DNA of 64,000 nucleotides from NCBI GenBank assembly GCA_030141605.1, contig JAQGDQ010000329.1, positions 62,001-126,000 of the forward strand. The letters are read 5' to 3'. A program made the translations under genes and the position numbers. The notes beneath the pieces are model-generated. The model was not told the origin of the DNA, searched no databases, and saw nothing but the letters and a program-made list of their open reading frames with translations. Shown here in pieces: positions 27,259 to 40,050 of the stretch (its first letter is position 1; each line of letters starts with the position of its first letter). The stretch comes from Tubiluchus corallicola. Lineage: Eukaryota > Animalia > Priapulida.

Positions 27259-27737
27259 TGTGTGTGTGTGTGCGTGCGTGCGTGCGTACGTGCGTGCGCG
27301 TGTGTGTGTGTGTGCGTGCGAGCACACGGGTGCACGTGTATGAGGGTCTGTGTGTGTGCGTGTATGATAAACCATCATTAATATGATTTAAATAACTGTA
27401 ATTTACCGTAATTAAATTTCCAGCTTTAGTTTACCTGCTATTAATTGAATGTTTTTCTCTTAGCGGCAGGTTATACAGACTAGGTTAAAATAAACTTATG
27501 TTAACTTGAATATACGTGTTATTGGTTTTCGGTCTCTATATAATTTTTAGCTGGTAAATGGGCCACCAATTTCGGCTAATTTTGCTATGTTGATATTTAA
27601 CTAGGAGACTGTTCACCTTCTTATATCAGTGGCCTGCAAGAAGTCTTTGTTGAAGATTATCCATACATACCAGACGACATTCATTGGCTGACACCTTCAG
27701 CAAAGTTCATCGTTACTATGCGAAATCCAACAGACAG
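18735..27737 (+). CDS. Carbohydrate sulfotransferase 15 (GalNAc4S-6ST)-like type II membrane sulfotransferase, 5 exons, C-terminal half not found
   Basis: Exons 18735-19004, 20591-20669, 21066-21218, 26884-26991 and 27605-27737 splice in phase. N-terminal TM ([14 protein letters not shown]), [11 protein letters not shown], 5'-[39 protein letters not shown] and 3'-[14 protein letters not shown] parallel CHST15-family motifs. Confidence 0.85.
19387..20078 (+). repeat. ~700-bp duplicated intronic block, copy 1 (probable LINE 3' UTR)
   Basis: Near-identical to 21241-21957. Confidence 0.85.
20081..20497. repeat. Compound pentanucleotide microsatellite (CCTTG/TCTTG/TCTCG/TCTCA/TCTTA)
   Basis: Visible directly; explains the spurious LVLSC/RQDKT ORFs. 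Confidence 0.95.
21066..21218 (+). CDS. Sulfotransferase exon 3 (5'-phosphosulfate-binding loop)
   Basis: [48 protein letters not shown]. Confidence 0.9.
21241..21970 (+). repeat. ~700-bp duplicated intronic block, copy 2, ending in aataaa
   Basis: Near-identical to 19387-20078; aataaa followed by a TCAAA/TCCAA/TCTAA tail. Confidence 0.85.
21970..22210. repeat. Pentanucleotide microsatellite (TCTTG)n with TCCCG block
   Basis: Visible directly. Confidence 0.95.
24031..25433 (+). mobile_element. Solo LTR (Gypsy-type, ~1.4 kb)
   Basis: TG...CA termini (tgttgtg / cgtgaca), 4-bp TSD CCAT at 24027-24030 and 25434-25437, tataaa at ~24549, aataaa at ~25040, higher GC than flanks, no coding capacity. 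Confidence 0.7.
26140..26475 (+). repeat. Dispersed repeat, copy 2 (copy 1 at ~4305-4655)
   Basis: Collinear similarity with 4305-4655. Confidence 0.75.
26656..26757. mobile_element. Short hairpin MITE (PIF/Harbinger-like terminus)
   Basis: gggccggtttcacaaagc...gctttgtgaaac inverted repeat extending inwards (actaagttaa/ttaagttagt); right end eroded. Confidence 0.55.
27154..27363. repeat. (GT)n/(GCGT)n microsatellite
   Basis: Visible directly. Confidence 0.95.
27605..27737 (+). CDS. Sulfotransferase exon 5 (3'-phosphate-binding motif)
   Basis: GDCSPSY...[28 protein letters not shown] flanks. Confidence 0.88.
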
Positions 27738-28543
27738 GTAAAACATACTTTTACACCAAAATAGTAAAACGTTTTAGTTAGAATTGATGACTTGACAAAT
27801 ATGACTGATTACTTGAGATACACTATATTATGCCGATCCTGGAGCCGAAAGCCCAAATTTAAGGCGACGAACGCCAATTCATTATTAACTACATGCATGT
27901 TTTCCCCCTCCAAAAATTATACACGTTTAAAAATTGTTAATAACAAAATTATCTTTTTGCATTGTGTGCACATAGCTTCAACGTAGTAGTTCGTGACTCA
28001 GTCCACGTAAAACACTCACAGGTAAAAAAAGTCACAGGAAAAAACAACTGTAGCCAAAATTAACTGTGAGTTTTTTCTTAGCCAAAATTGAGACCTTCCT
28101 TCTGTGTTTTTACAACCGCTCACCTCTCGTCTATACTTCAAAGAAAACCAGATTATTGTGTAGACGTTAGTTTAAAGTAAAATATCCTGTTAAATATTAT
28201 ATATATATATATTAATTCTTTATTTGTCATAAAAACGGCTCACTCATTACAACAAAATTGAGCTAGCCTCAGGGCAATGTTAAAACAACCACACTGTTCA
28301 AGACAAATGCGTCCAGTGCATACTAAAAAAAACTAAAGTGCAAAACTATATACAATAAATGAACATATTTACAAACACCATATTAAAATATTTTTACAAA
28401 ACAATTATACGAAAGTACATTAAATTTTACATGACATTGTGTACACTATTTATACATTTAACATTACGAAACACGAAACTAACATAACACGTATTACATT
28501 ACATGATTTTTTTTTTAATTTCATTTTTAATCGTTATATGGAG

Positions 28544-31500
28544 TCAGGGGCGGGGGTAGATGAAAGTGGAGTCTGTGTAATTAGTATCAGATGCACAATG
28601 TGGAAGTTGAAACCTGTTATATTGATATTCTTTTAATTTCTTTTTAAAGTGGTGGAGAGATTCTATTTGTTTTATTTCACTGGGTAGTAAGTTCCATAAA
28701 TGTATGGCCTGTTTTGATATAGAGTTATTTCCAAATTTATTGTTTACTGTAATTTGCTTTAAATTGTATGTTCTAGTGTTTAAAGTGGTGTCAGGAATAA
28801 ATGCTAAGGGATTGTTTATAAATGGAATGCTCAGTTTATTTATATATTTATAAAGAAATATCAGTGTTTTGTAATCTCGATAGGCTTCTAATATTGGTAT
28901 TTTTGTGGACGTTCTTAAGCTTGTTGCAGAAGCAGCATGTTGTTTAGCAGTTTTGTTAGAGTAGCCATGAATTAATCTAAGTGCGTAGTTTTGCATTGTA
29001 TTTAGTTTTCTAAAGTTTTCATATTTAACGTTTTGAAGTAAAGTGCAACCATATAGATAATGTGGTAATATTAGACTTTTGTAGATGAGAATTTTTGTTT
29101 TCTTGGTTAGATGGCCTCTGGTTTGGCGTAAGAATGTCGTGCTTAATGCCATCTTGTTGTGTATTTGATGAAACTGTTCATCCCAAGTGAGTTTATTGTC
29201 GACAGCAATGCCTAAAAATTTTACAGTTTTTGCTTGTTCTATGGAACAGTCACCTACTTTTAGTGTTGCATTAGAAGAAGTAATGTCATTTGATTTGGGT
29301 GATATTACCATAAATTCTGTCTTATCATCATTCATTTTTAAACCAAAATAGTTAAATGCTGCATTTATATTTGTTATGTCTTTTTCTAGATTATTTTTTG
29401 ATGTTAGAAAGTCTGCGTGTGCTGTATAGAGTGTTGTATCATCGGCATATTGTGTTAAGTCTGAATTAAATAAAACTGAATGAATTTTATTAACGTATAA
29501 ACAAAAGAGTAATGGACCTAATATCGTACCTTGTGGGATGCCTCTCTGTGGTGTGTCCCATGTTGAAAAAGTGTGTTTGTTCAGCTTGACTCTTTGTTTT
29601 CTATTGTGTAGGTAATTATTCATTAGTTTGAGAGAAGTATAATCGAATCCTAGTTGGCGTAAGTTGTCTAGTAGTAAATTGTGATCGAGGCTGTCAAAAG
29701 CTTTACTTAGATCTAAAAATGCTGCTGTTATATATTTATTTTTATTTAAGTTGTAACGCCACTTTTCAGTGGCATCAATTATTGCGTCCATTGTAGAATG
29801 TAGTTTTCTAAAACCAAATTGATGATTTGACAGTAACTTATTATTTTCAATGTAATGGTTTATTTGGTTGTAGATAACTCTTTCAAATACTTTGGCTAGT
29901 ACGTGCACTACTGAGATTGGTCTGTAGTTTTTAGCGTCATCTTTAGCATCTTTCTTGTGTATTGGAGTTATGTTTGCTTGTTTACACACTGCTGGAAATT
30001 CTGAGCGTATTAAGACTTGGTTTGTGATATATGTTAGATGAGGAGTAATGATGCTGGCACAGTCTTTTAAGATTTTTATTGGCATGTCTGAGGGTCCACT
30101 TCCTTTATTTATATTTAAACTGTTTAATATTCTAAAGATGTCGTATTCTGTGACGCTAGTAAATGAGAAAGTGGATCGTATTACTGATTGGTTTTTGTAT
30201 ATATTGTGTATATTTGCATTATGTTGGTGTGGCAAGTTGTCAAATTTTCCGAGATTGATAAATGTGGAATTTAATTTGTTAGCAATGTCAACTGGATCAG
30301 ATATTATACTGTCATTTTCTCGTAAACTATTTATTTGTAATTGATCGTTTCTGTATCTGTTAAGTACGTCATTAATTAAACGCCATTTTTGCTTAGGTGT
30401 AGTTGCATCATTGCATTTATTAATATAATATTTATTTTTGAGTTTCCTGTTGTAGCTATTAAATTTATTTCGTGCCTTTTTGTAATTATTGTAATTGCTT
30501 TTACCTTTTAAATGTAAATATGTTCTATATAATTCATTTTTATTGTGTCTTAGTTTTGCGAGTTCTGTATCCGCCCAAGGGCAAGCAGATTTTGCATTAA
30601 ATTGCTGCTGATGTATTTTAATTTTTTTATACGGTGCATAGATATCCAGGCAGTATTCCATATTATTTATTAGTGTGTTTATTTGCATGTCAATGTCAGT
30701 CATTGTGTAAATATTACTCCAGTCCAATTTGGTTAAAGTATCTTGAAATATATCTTTATTATATGTAGAATAATCTCTGACTGTTTTCCAGACTGTGCCT
30801 GTATTGTTTTTGGTTGGTTCTTTTTTGTCTACTATTATTATAAAATCATGATCAGAATAATCACACGAGAAGTTTTCTTGTACTTGGAAATTGTCTTTAG
30901 CGTTTGAGATAAAGTGGTCTATGGTAGTAGATGATGTTTTAGTGATTCTTGTGGGTTTATTACTTGCGTTTAGTATTTGCGTGTTATATTGGGCCAAGAC
31001 TTCTTTATACTTTCTGCACTGAGCAGTATTTGTTGCATTAATATCGATATTAAAATCCCCATTAATAAAACTGGTTGATTTTCAAGTACAGCACGTTCAA
31101 GTTCAATTTCAAAATGTTTTAGAAAAGTTTTATATTTTTGATTTGGTGGCTTATAAATGACACCTACAATGTAGTTTTCGATATTGTACCAAATTGATTT
31201 TATTTTGTTAGTTTTAATTCTTTAGCTTCGTTAAATGACATGTGTTTTGGGATGTACATTGCAACCCCTCCTCCACGTTTATGTGTGGGACGGTCTCGAC
31301 GTATGAGTGTATGATGAGGCAGTTGTATGGAGGCACTAGGTATTTGCTTGTGTAGCCAAGTTTCGGTTATTCCAACGACTAAATTTTCAGATGAACGAAC
31401 TGTGTCTTTAAGCAATGCATGTTTTTTTTGTCAGACTTTGTATATTGATACATAGAAATTTCAAATTCTTTTTATGTTTTTGCATAAAATCTGCCAGCTC

Positions 31501-31600
31501 TACATCAATGTGGTTTTGCGTGGGGGGAGGGGGGTTGATTTAAGGGACCTGGATTGGTTTCAGTACAACCAATTATAAGCAACATTTTTAATACTGTTAG
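28544..31600 (-). CDS. LINE ORF2: AP endonuclease + reverse transcriptase (N-terminal part frameshifted)
   Basis: CINIQSL, VGITETWL, DR...GGGVAMYI, GVIYKPP, GDFNIDI, PTR...TIDHF, SDH; RT motifs NYRPIS, QFGFR, FLDLSKAFD, PQGTILGP, YADD, FLG; 817-aa open segment 28544-30997. Confidence 0.92.
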
Positions 31601-32031
31601 AAAATAATCATGGTTACAATTATTTTTAATTAGGTAGGGGAGTACACGTAATAAAGTAGGGGAGTACTGAAACTTGTAGTATAAATCTCTAGTATCTGAA
31701 AGTGTGCACTTTCTCACAGATGAATACTGTAAAATAGAAGCAGAATAGCAAAAATTTACGCACGAGTTATTTTCGATCCGATTTTGAGATATTATTACGC
31801 AGCAAGACGTGCATACACGTTTCAGTGTACCAGAGATTGGCACTGGACACATCTGTCTTGAGTTTGTACATTCTTTACACAATATTCGTTTATTTTGAGT
31901 AAAACTTAAAATTTTTCGTTTAAAATTCATGATTAAAATATATGTATATATATATATCACGCTTATTACAGTTATTTACAGTTTAGTTCACTCGTGTCAT
32001 CTTAAATAAACTGTTTAATAGTTTTCCAATT

Positions 32032-34121
32032 TTATAGAAACTTTGAAATGAATTCTTTTACTAATCCGGTAAACAGATTTTCAATTTCTGATTTTAATGC
32101 CTCTTTTTGAATGGGCTTAGTATCACCTGAAGGTTTATCAGAGTCATTTGCATAATTTACAGGAGTTGGTAATAATGGTAATCTTTTAACGGCATTCGCG
32201 TAACTAGCTGGTTTATAATTATATTGACAAAGTAAAGCCACGAGTAACTGTATCTTTGTTTTGATTAGTCTTAACTCTATACCATCGATTTGGGTCATTA
32301 AACAAACATAGTTTAATGCATTCTCGCAACTTTTGTACACCTAATCTACTCAGGTGTAATCCGTCTCTCGCAATTAAATTATCATCTTCAAAATGACATT
32401 GCAAATTGCACAAAATTGTATTAGTTTTAGTTGTCAGAGTTTCGAGTTCACTGTTAAATAATCGTAACACTCTATTCACCGAACTGATATTCATGGGTTT
32501 AGCAGTTGAATGTTTGTTTGTCTTTACAAATGGAATATTGCATACAAAAACATTACAAGGGTTAAACTTATTTTTTACACTTACAATGCATTGTTCCATT
32601 TGTCGTGTTAGTGACTTGAGTATTTCGTCTAGGTGAGCGTTCTGGTCGTTTTCTCGATTCCGTTGAATATGTTGTCTTACGTCATTGATTCCACACGTTA
32701 TGATAACGTTTTCCAATTTCTTCTCAGGGTATCGGTCTCGTACGAAGGCTGTCATTTCGTTCAGGTTTATCCCTCTGTAAGAATGCACCTGTAGATTTTT
32801 GGCTATTTCTTGAGGATTCAAGTAAGCGGTTCGGGAATCACCCAAGATTAAAGTTTCAGTTGATGTATTAATTTTTTTGCACGTTCGCGGCTTTGGTTTC
32901 TCCTCATTGTCGGTTTTGGTGNNNNNNNNNNGATGTAGTCAGTTTCGTGTCGCTAAGCTCACACTCTGTTATGTTACTGTTTGATGTGGAGGCAACTGCA
33001 TTTGTGTTTACGCTACTTGGTTCTTGATTATACACGTTCTTTGCATTCATTGTCACATTCATTGTTTCAGAAGCTGGTCTGTCTGCTTTTTCTTTTGCCT
33101 GTTGTGAAAAGCTGTAACCGTCTTTAATTGCTTTACTCATTCTTGCTTCTGTTTCATTTAATATCAAAAGCTCATCTCCGCACGTTTGTTGTGTCATAAG
33201 GCTATACAACTTTTCTATTTTTCTACTCAGTCGTTCTTCAGTTTCATTTATTTTTTGCCATACACTTTGCGGCGATTCGTTTTGTAGATAGTAGCTCAGT
33301 TTGTCGATTTTTCCATGTAGTAGTCTTAGGTCAAGCTCGCTTGATGTTTGAGTCTCACTTTGTTGTGTTTCTATGAGGTTATGCAGTCTGATAATTTCCT
33401 TATTCAGTGTTGTTTGTTCTGTGTAAGAAGCTCTAAGCTGTGCTTCTAGGCTTGTGACTTGACGTTGACTCTGTTTATTTTTAAATTGGAGTGTTAATAA
33501 TCGTTGTCCTAATTTCAGATTTTCACAGTCTCCGATGCAGACTGTTTTTGGAAAAATATCGTCATGTTCGGGCAGATCATCAAGGCTGTTGGAAATGAGA
33601 AGCGTTGTTTGTTCTCCATCAACTAAGTTATTCACATGCGAGTTGGCTTTCATAAACTCACTTTCCGTGTTAGAATGTAGTGGCTGCGGATTAATACATG
33701 TTAATGGAAACAACTTTTCTGTTACTGGCGGAGTGTCATATTCGGATTCTGACTCGTTATCTGATGTATCGGGATTCACAAACATCAGCGCTGGTTGGTT
33801 TTTAGGAGAGTTTTTATGGTCCTGATCACCAATAGTGTTTGGGAATTCATAATCAACGATTATGCTATGGTTGACCAAATCTTCTTCGTGATTTGACGAT
33901 TTTTGATTTGTTTCCTGTACAGTCTGTTTAATGAGTGTATTGCCGTACTGTTTATTGTAGCATTTGTCGCAAAGCTTTTCTCCACAGGCTCGAAGCTTTA
34001 ATGACTGTTGTATGGTTTTGCATTTTTGGCAACTTTTCCTGGTCTTTGTCTGGGGTTTAGAGAGAGGTGCTGGGCTGGTTAGCTCATCAACGTCTTTTGA
34101 CATATCCATTGTCCTAGCCAA
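32032..34121 (-). CDS. LINE ORF1: Cys-rich finger, coiled coil and SGNH/GDSL esterase domain
   Basis: CQKC...CGEKLCDKC; heptad-rich middle; GDS, GxND (CGINDV) and DGLH blocks of the SGNH fold seen in CR1/L2 ORF1; spans an N-gap and a frameshift. Confidence 0.8.
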
Positions 34122-34411
34122 TGATGCGTCGGTGTGTATACAGTTAACAGGTAACGATGTTGTCGTACTAGTTCCAGTCGACTAGATTACACACCAATCC
34201 TTTGCTATTTTTTGAATAGTTTTTCGTTAATAATTCAAAAACCACTTGAATTTTCACCAAAATTCTCACATATTCAGGTACTGCACACGTTTATGCACAT
34301 GTACATATAACTTTCCATTACTAGTTTCAGCAAAAAAGTTTAGTAAACACAGTGACAATCAGAGCAACAAAATTACGTCCTAACTGCACGCCGCTCCTCA
34401 TTTTAAAATGA

Positions 34412-35310
34412 ACATAGAGATTCAGTTTCAATGTAACAAGAACTTGATTCTTTTAATGAAAACAAAAAGAGAGACAGCAAACTGGTAAATGGCTCACTTT
34501 CAAAAATGTTTTTTGCATCACAGTACCTGACAAAGAGTTTTTACTTTTTCCAAGTAATTACTTTTATGCAACTCACCTGCATTTTCTGAATATTGTGCGT
34601 GATTCTATCCCTATAATTTATTTTAAGAGTTTTATTTGTTAAGGATATGTAAACATTAGCTGATACCACAGTAATAAAAAAATTAAATTAAAAAAATAAT
34701 TTTTCATTTCTAGTACTTACTTCTACTAATAATAATTTATTAAATTTAATAAAAATAAAATCTTCCCAGAGTAATAAGGGTCATAGTTCATCATGTTCTA
34801 CTTTGCTGACATCGTCTGAAGCTTGAGGATCAAACAACCACGGAAACAACATGACGAAGCTGTCTGCACTCACATCATACAACTCCTGCCAGCTGATGCT
34901 GCCATCTTCATTCGAATCTAGGAAGCTAAAAACCTGAAATTAAAAACCCTCCGATGTTTTCAAAATAGTTACCTAGGAAAAGTATGAAGGCAAACACTAA
35001 CTATCGGAATAAACTTGGTAGAACTTCTTTTGCCTATTTGGACAGAAACTTACATTTGCTCAAATTTAACAGCAATAAAAAGTAAACTTATTGTTGTATA
35101 AATGCCAGGCAACAATAGTCATGTACGCATAAAGACTCACCTTGATTATAAAGAATAGAACATATAATAAAAGGGTAAAGGCACTCGTTTTTATGTTATA
35201 TTTTTAGTTTTATCCTGGGGGAAAAAGGGAATAACATTAATGATTAAGAACTCTTTATTAAGACTAATAATAATGAATATCATTGAACAAATCACAGCAT
35301 TAAATTATTT
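34412..35310 (+). repeat. Segmental duplicate of 48181-49075
   Basis: Near-identical ~900 bp with scattered substitutions. Confidence 0.95.
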
Positions 35311-35478
35311 ATTCTGTACTTTTTGTTGCTAAAAGAGAAATGTAATCTGATTCACGCAAGACTGACCTAAAACAAATGAATTAACAACTGGCACTGTTAT
35401 TCATAAATGCTAAGCAATCAGTAATCTGCGTGTATAATTATATATATATAGTTATCTATATATTATATATAATTATAT

Positions 35479-37849
35479 CAAGGACTACTATACAACAGGA
35501 CGTGCACGCTCAGATCTCTGATTCGGCTAGCGGAGGCGATAAATTTTTAACATTTAGTGCTAATAGTTTGCACATATTTACCCCCCATGGTGACCTATAG
35601 CATGCCACAATACACATAGAACATATTCCTCATTCGTCTAGTAATTTAAAAACAGTGGTACCTATGATATCCCCCCCCCCTCCCAAAAAAAACACACCAT
35701 ATCTGCAACTCATTGTGTCCCGATGATTACCTGTCACTTTCTATAGAGAATAAACAGACTGCACCATTTTGTCAGGACTATATAAACTCATTCATAGGTT
35801 CCTCTGTGTAAATTAGAATACATGAAATTATTGCACTCACCATTTTGCAGAGATGTTTGCGACAATTAGTCGGCTAGTCGCGCCTTCTTAATGGAGGTCT
35901 GGTAAAGGGCTGAGTTCTGCTGGTGATCCTTCTCCAAATTGTGTAGCCGATGCAGCAGTACATGCGCCAGGCGTCTCAGAGCATTTCTTGAAAATTCTCC
36001 AAAATCAAAGTAGGCATTGATTATGGAGAGGATGTTCATGAGCTTGTTGCAGCAGCAGACTGTGTGAGTTGACTTCTTCGCAAAACACAAGCCAGTTGTT
36101 ACGAATTCGAACGTGAATGTGTGGGGCACTGTAAGACCTCCCCTAGACACTTCTTCAATGAACATTTTCATTTCCTCAGAAAGGAGAGGCTCATCCTCGG
36201 GAAAAAAAATGTCATTTTGGCACTTACTCTCCAACCAACCTGCGACATATGCACACGCGTTCAGTTCAGTTTTGGAAAGAGTCTGGTCAACACAAATCTC
36301 CATAATTTTGGCATCCTCGAAATCAATCCCATTGCATGTGTGCAACTGGATTTCGGATGATGTGTCTGTGTCCACAAACTCCAGGAATGATGCAGAAAAA
36401 CGCGCCAGTCTCCGCTTGAATGCTGAACAGACATCTCCAGTTTGCATGAATGCATCGGCCCCCCTTGACTGCCTGTAAACTGAGAACTCACCCTCTATTC
36501 TGTCACAGTGTTTCTGCTCAGAGCTTTTTACTTTCTGAAATGTTTTACCTAGCACCTTGTCAATATCTGTCGATGAAATAACTGACTGCAGCTTTCTTTT
36601 GCTGGGTGACACTAAAAAGTCACGCAGTTGTTCGTAATTGCAATGGGGAAATGACTCTATTGCAAAGTAATAATCAGACACTGTGAAAGTCTTATCACAT
36701 AATAGTCGAAGCTGTCGTGTTAGAAATTTGAGCTTCTTGGCTTTAGCATTAACACTATGAGATTGTTCTCGATTTTGAGCTAGTTCAAGTTCAAGAGACT
36801 TTGTCACTTTGTTGACAATATCATCAACATGATGAATGTGGTTGACAACAGAATTCACAACCGCGAAAAATTATGAGGAAGAGGACAGCCCATTGTTCGG
36901 ACTGAGGATTTTAGTGATCCCGTTTTTGAAAGCATACAGAGTAAGAGGGGAACACAAGGTAGGCTTATTGTGAACAATAATTGACATATAATATTGACTG
37001 TGGTCCTCTTCCATGAACATGCACACAAATTTGTCTTGTGTGCGAGATATAATGAGGTTCTGATACATCTTATGCAGGTCTTTCTCAGGAGTGAATTCAT
37101 TGAGAGAAGTTATTTTATCCTTTTTAAAGAAATAATTCAGCTGCTGGTCCTCAGTTTTTGGAGGGCGAGGTGGTGGCTTTGGAGTGGGCAAGCATGATGT
37201 TGGAACGTTGAAAATACTGGGTGGATCCACTGGCCTGGTGTGATCACCTGGAATTTTGACCATTTGAGTATCCGATGGCCAATGCTTTTCGCAAATGAAA
37301 AATTTCGTTGGATCAACAACAAAGCCTTCGCGTGGGGGGAAGAACACTTAGCCATTTCTGTTTTTCTACATGATCTCTTGGCAGTCTGAACACACGACAC
37401 TTGTTCTCCGTGTCATAGTTACCTTTGCATTTAACAACACCACACTTGTTAGGCATGCTGCTGAGCACAGATGTATAAAATCCACGAGAAATTTTGAAAA
37501 TAATCCTCAAAGAACAAACACAAGCATGAAAACAACGCTTCACTTGACTTTCAAGTTTCCCACAATGACAAAGCACTACTTCCGGTAAAATAAACTTACG
37601 CCTAAAGTAGTGCGCTATTTAAGAAGTAAAAATGAACACTAATTTCCTTTGATACATAAAATAAACAATTGGTACTTTTCTCCCGTAATGTAAAGAACCA
37701 ATTAAATGAAAAATAATACTCGCTATCTACCGATCCGCCCATTCTTTAATTTTCAAGATCACTACTCTCTACGTTCATACAAGTATAGATCGCCTCCGCT
37801 GGCGGAATCAGAAATCTGAGCGTGCACGTCCTGTGTATAGTAGTCCTTG
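35479..37849 (-). mobile_element. P-superfamily (THAP) DNA transposon, internally deleted, non-autonomous
   Basis: ~60-bp TIRs starting CAAGGACTACTATAC; 8-bp TSD AATTATAT (35471-35478, 37850-37857); THAP C2CH domain MPNKCGVVKC...W...ICEKHW...PSIF. Confidence 0.92.
35866..37456 (-). pseudogene. THAP/P-element transposase remnant
   Basis: ATG at 37456, frameshift in a poly-C run at ~37335, in-frame TAA at 36871-36873; jumps from ...KVKSSEQKHC directly to DRIEGEFSVYRQSRG, so most of the catalytic core is missing; C-terminal YVAGW motif. Confidence 0.85.
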
Positions 37850-40050
37850 AATTATATATATATATATATAAATTTTGATGAGTGGTTTTTCTTCTGGTTG
37901 AAGGTGTGGCAAAGTCAGGTTAGTCTTGTAGTGCTTTTCTTTTTATTCTCAGTTTTGGAAAGATGGCATCTATCAACAAATTTTAATTTTGTCTTTGAAG
38001 TTGTAGCATAATTTTGCAATAACAGGTAAATTTGTTATTTATTAGCAGTGTAATATCAGCTGCAGCCAGTAGAGTAGCTAGAGCTTCTGGCGGCTGGGGA
38101 GGTACTCGAGATTAGCACCTCCACCCCACCCTAACCGCATTCTTGTGTTTTTAGATTCAGATTTAACGGTGTTGTATTGCAGTTGATATAAGTTGTGACG
38201 ATAAATTGGTAAAATAAACAAAGTACTACTTACTGAAAAAATTTGTTTGCGGAGAATGTTGAAAATCTTTCATTCATTCAGAGATCATTTGTTCTTTGAA
38301 ACTAATGTAACTTGTAAAATCTATATCATCAATTCTTTATTATAATATAAACAATAATATTCACATCTCGTTACTAACTGCAAATTCCTATAAAACATGC
38401 ATTTTCTATGCAGACGAGGTCATATGTGTGTATCTATTAGCATTCAGCATAACTGCTAAACAATAGTCTGTCTGGAATGTTAACAGAAATTGTAATCTTG
38501 CAGTTACATTTTTATCAAATAAATGGATTATTAATCATCTTAGAAGTTGGAAAACTCAAAATTGAAATTCCCAACTTCTAAAACTATTTCTAACAGTATT
38601 CATGCACGATGTATTCATGCACCAGATTATTATTCATATCAAAAATGAACAAAAAACTTTAAGAAATCAGCTTTATCTTACTAAATTGATGCAAATGCCA
38701 GAATACCGCTACCTGGTAAAATACTATTTCAAAACGTTATAGTCCACTACTTTCAATTATGTCAGCCTAAGCCATAAATATGAGTGGCAACTGTTTCTTG
38801 CTTTTTTTGCCTGCCTACCTTTTACTGCTGATTTCACACTTTCAAGAAGTTATAAATCTTCTGACTCGTACGCATCAACAAATTCGTCCACAATCATTGC
38901 AAATAATCCATTTATTGATCAATTTTTTCTTTCCAATTTCGACTTCTTTTTCGAAACTCATTGTAGTTGTACCTAAAACAGTATGTAAAGAAGCTACAAT
39001 TAACATAATTTACGATAAATCAATAATAATTACCTTATTTAATAATTTAATCATGTTTACACAGCATCATTAGCATGTCATTTTAAAGTGCAGGAATAGC
39101 GGAGAAGTGTGTGCTTGGCTACAAAGCTGTGTAATGCAAAACTTGCTTAGCAATTAGAGGGTTGACCATCAAAAAATGTTTGTGGGCCATTACAACTGGC
39201 ATCCTACCTCCAGCTACGTTTTCTCAGCGACAAAAATGTACAAACATGCTGAGATACACAAGCCAGTCTTGGATCACATCTTAGCTCGGTAATTACCAAA
39301 GTTCCGGTCCCACTACATCCGTTCAACATTAGTAGTATAACTTGCCCTGCCCATCTTCTGATTAAAAAAAATAAAAGTACATGACATGAAGAATTACCTT
39401 GTACAGAGAATCACAGTCTAACGAAGTAAATAATAGTCAAGAAATAGTAAAGCATACTACACAAATCAACCTAGCAGCAGATTTCACAGAGGCAAAGAAA
39501 CAAGAATGTACAGTATCAATTGATTAGCGGAGCAGCAATTTGTATTTCCCAGTATTTTTGCGACTTCCTTACTTTATTAGAGTTTTATTAAAACAACATA
39601 TTTTGTCTGAACAAGATAAGCTTGCATAAGTATTTTTTGGTTTGACGAAGGCACCGGTACCAGTAAATGTGGAAATGTTGCAAATAAACATCATATTATG
39701 TGCAATAGAGGTTTGAACTCAAGCGTTATAGAAAGTGTGGCAAGCAGATAACATAGGTTCCAAATTAATGAATGAATGTATACATTGCGTACAACACGAC
39801 AGACCGCTTGTTGTGTTTGTTTCATGAATATCGTCTTCATAAACTAATGGACGTTAATGACAAACATAATGTAAGGGAATGAAACTAATAAACTGTATAG
39901 TACTAAAAGCATTCAACAGCAAAAAAACCCTAAAGGTATGGTTTTTTTTTTTTTTTTTTTTATAACAAATAAAACTGGAATACAATCAAATATCTGAAGA
40001 AATGTCATGTGTTCAGTTATTCCAGGCAACAAGTTCAGCAATAGGAAAGA

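Larger units (their letters stand above)
28200..34400 (-). mobile_element. Near full-length CR1/L2-group LINE
   Basis: 5' end gagcggcgtgcagttaggacgt near 34400; ORF1 and ORF2 (APE+RT); 3' aataaa and AT tail near 28200; no TSD found; N-gap at 32922-32931. Confidence 0.92.
34781..38972 (-). pseudogene. Heavily deleted paralog of the JmjC/EF-hand/HDEL gene
   Basis: Last exon 34933-34781 (VFSFLDSNEDGSISWQE...HDEL*) reads the same as 48703-48551; exon-2 remnant 38972-38819 (..EVEIGKKK..GLFAMIVDEFVDAYESEDL*LLESVKSAVK) has a frameshift and a stop; middle exons not found. Confidence 0.72.

Noticed and set aside
27132-27386. HT/VC-repeat ORFs (also 51597-51779)
   Set aside because: (GT)n/(CA)n microsatellites
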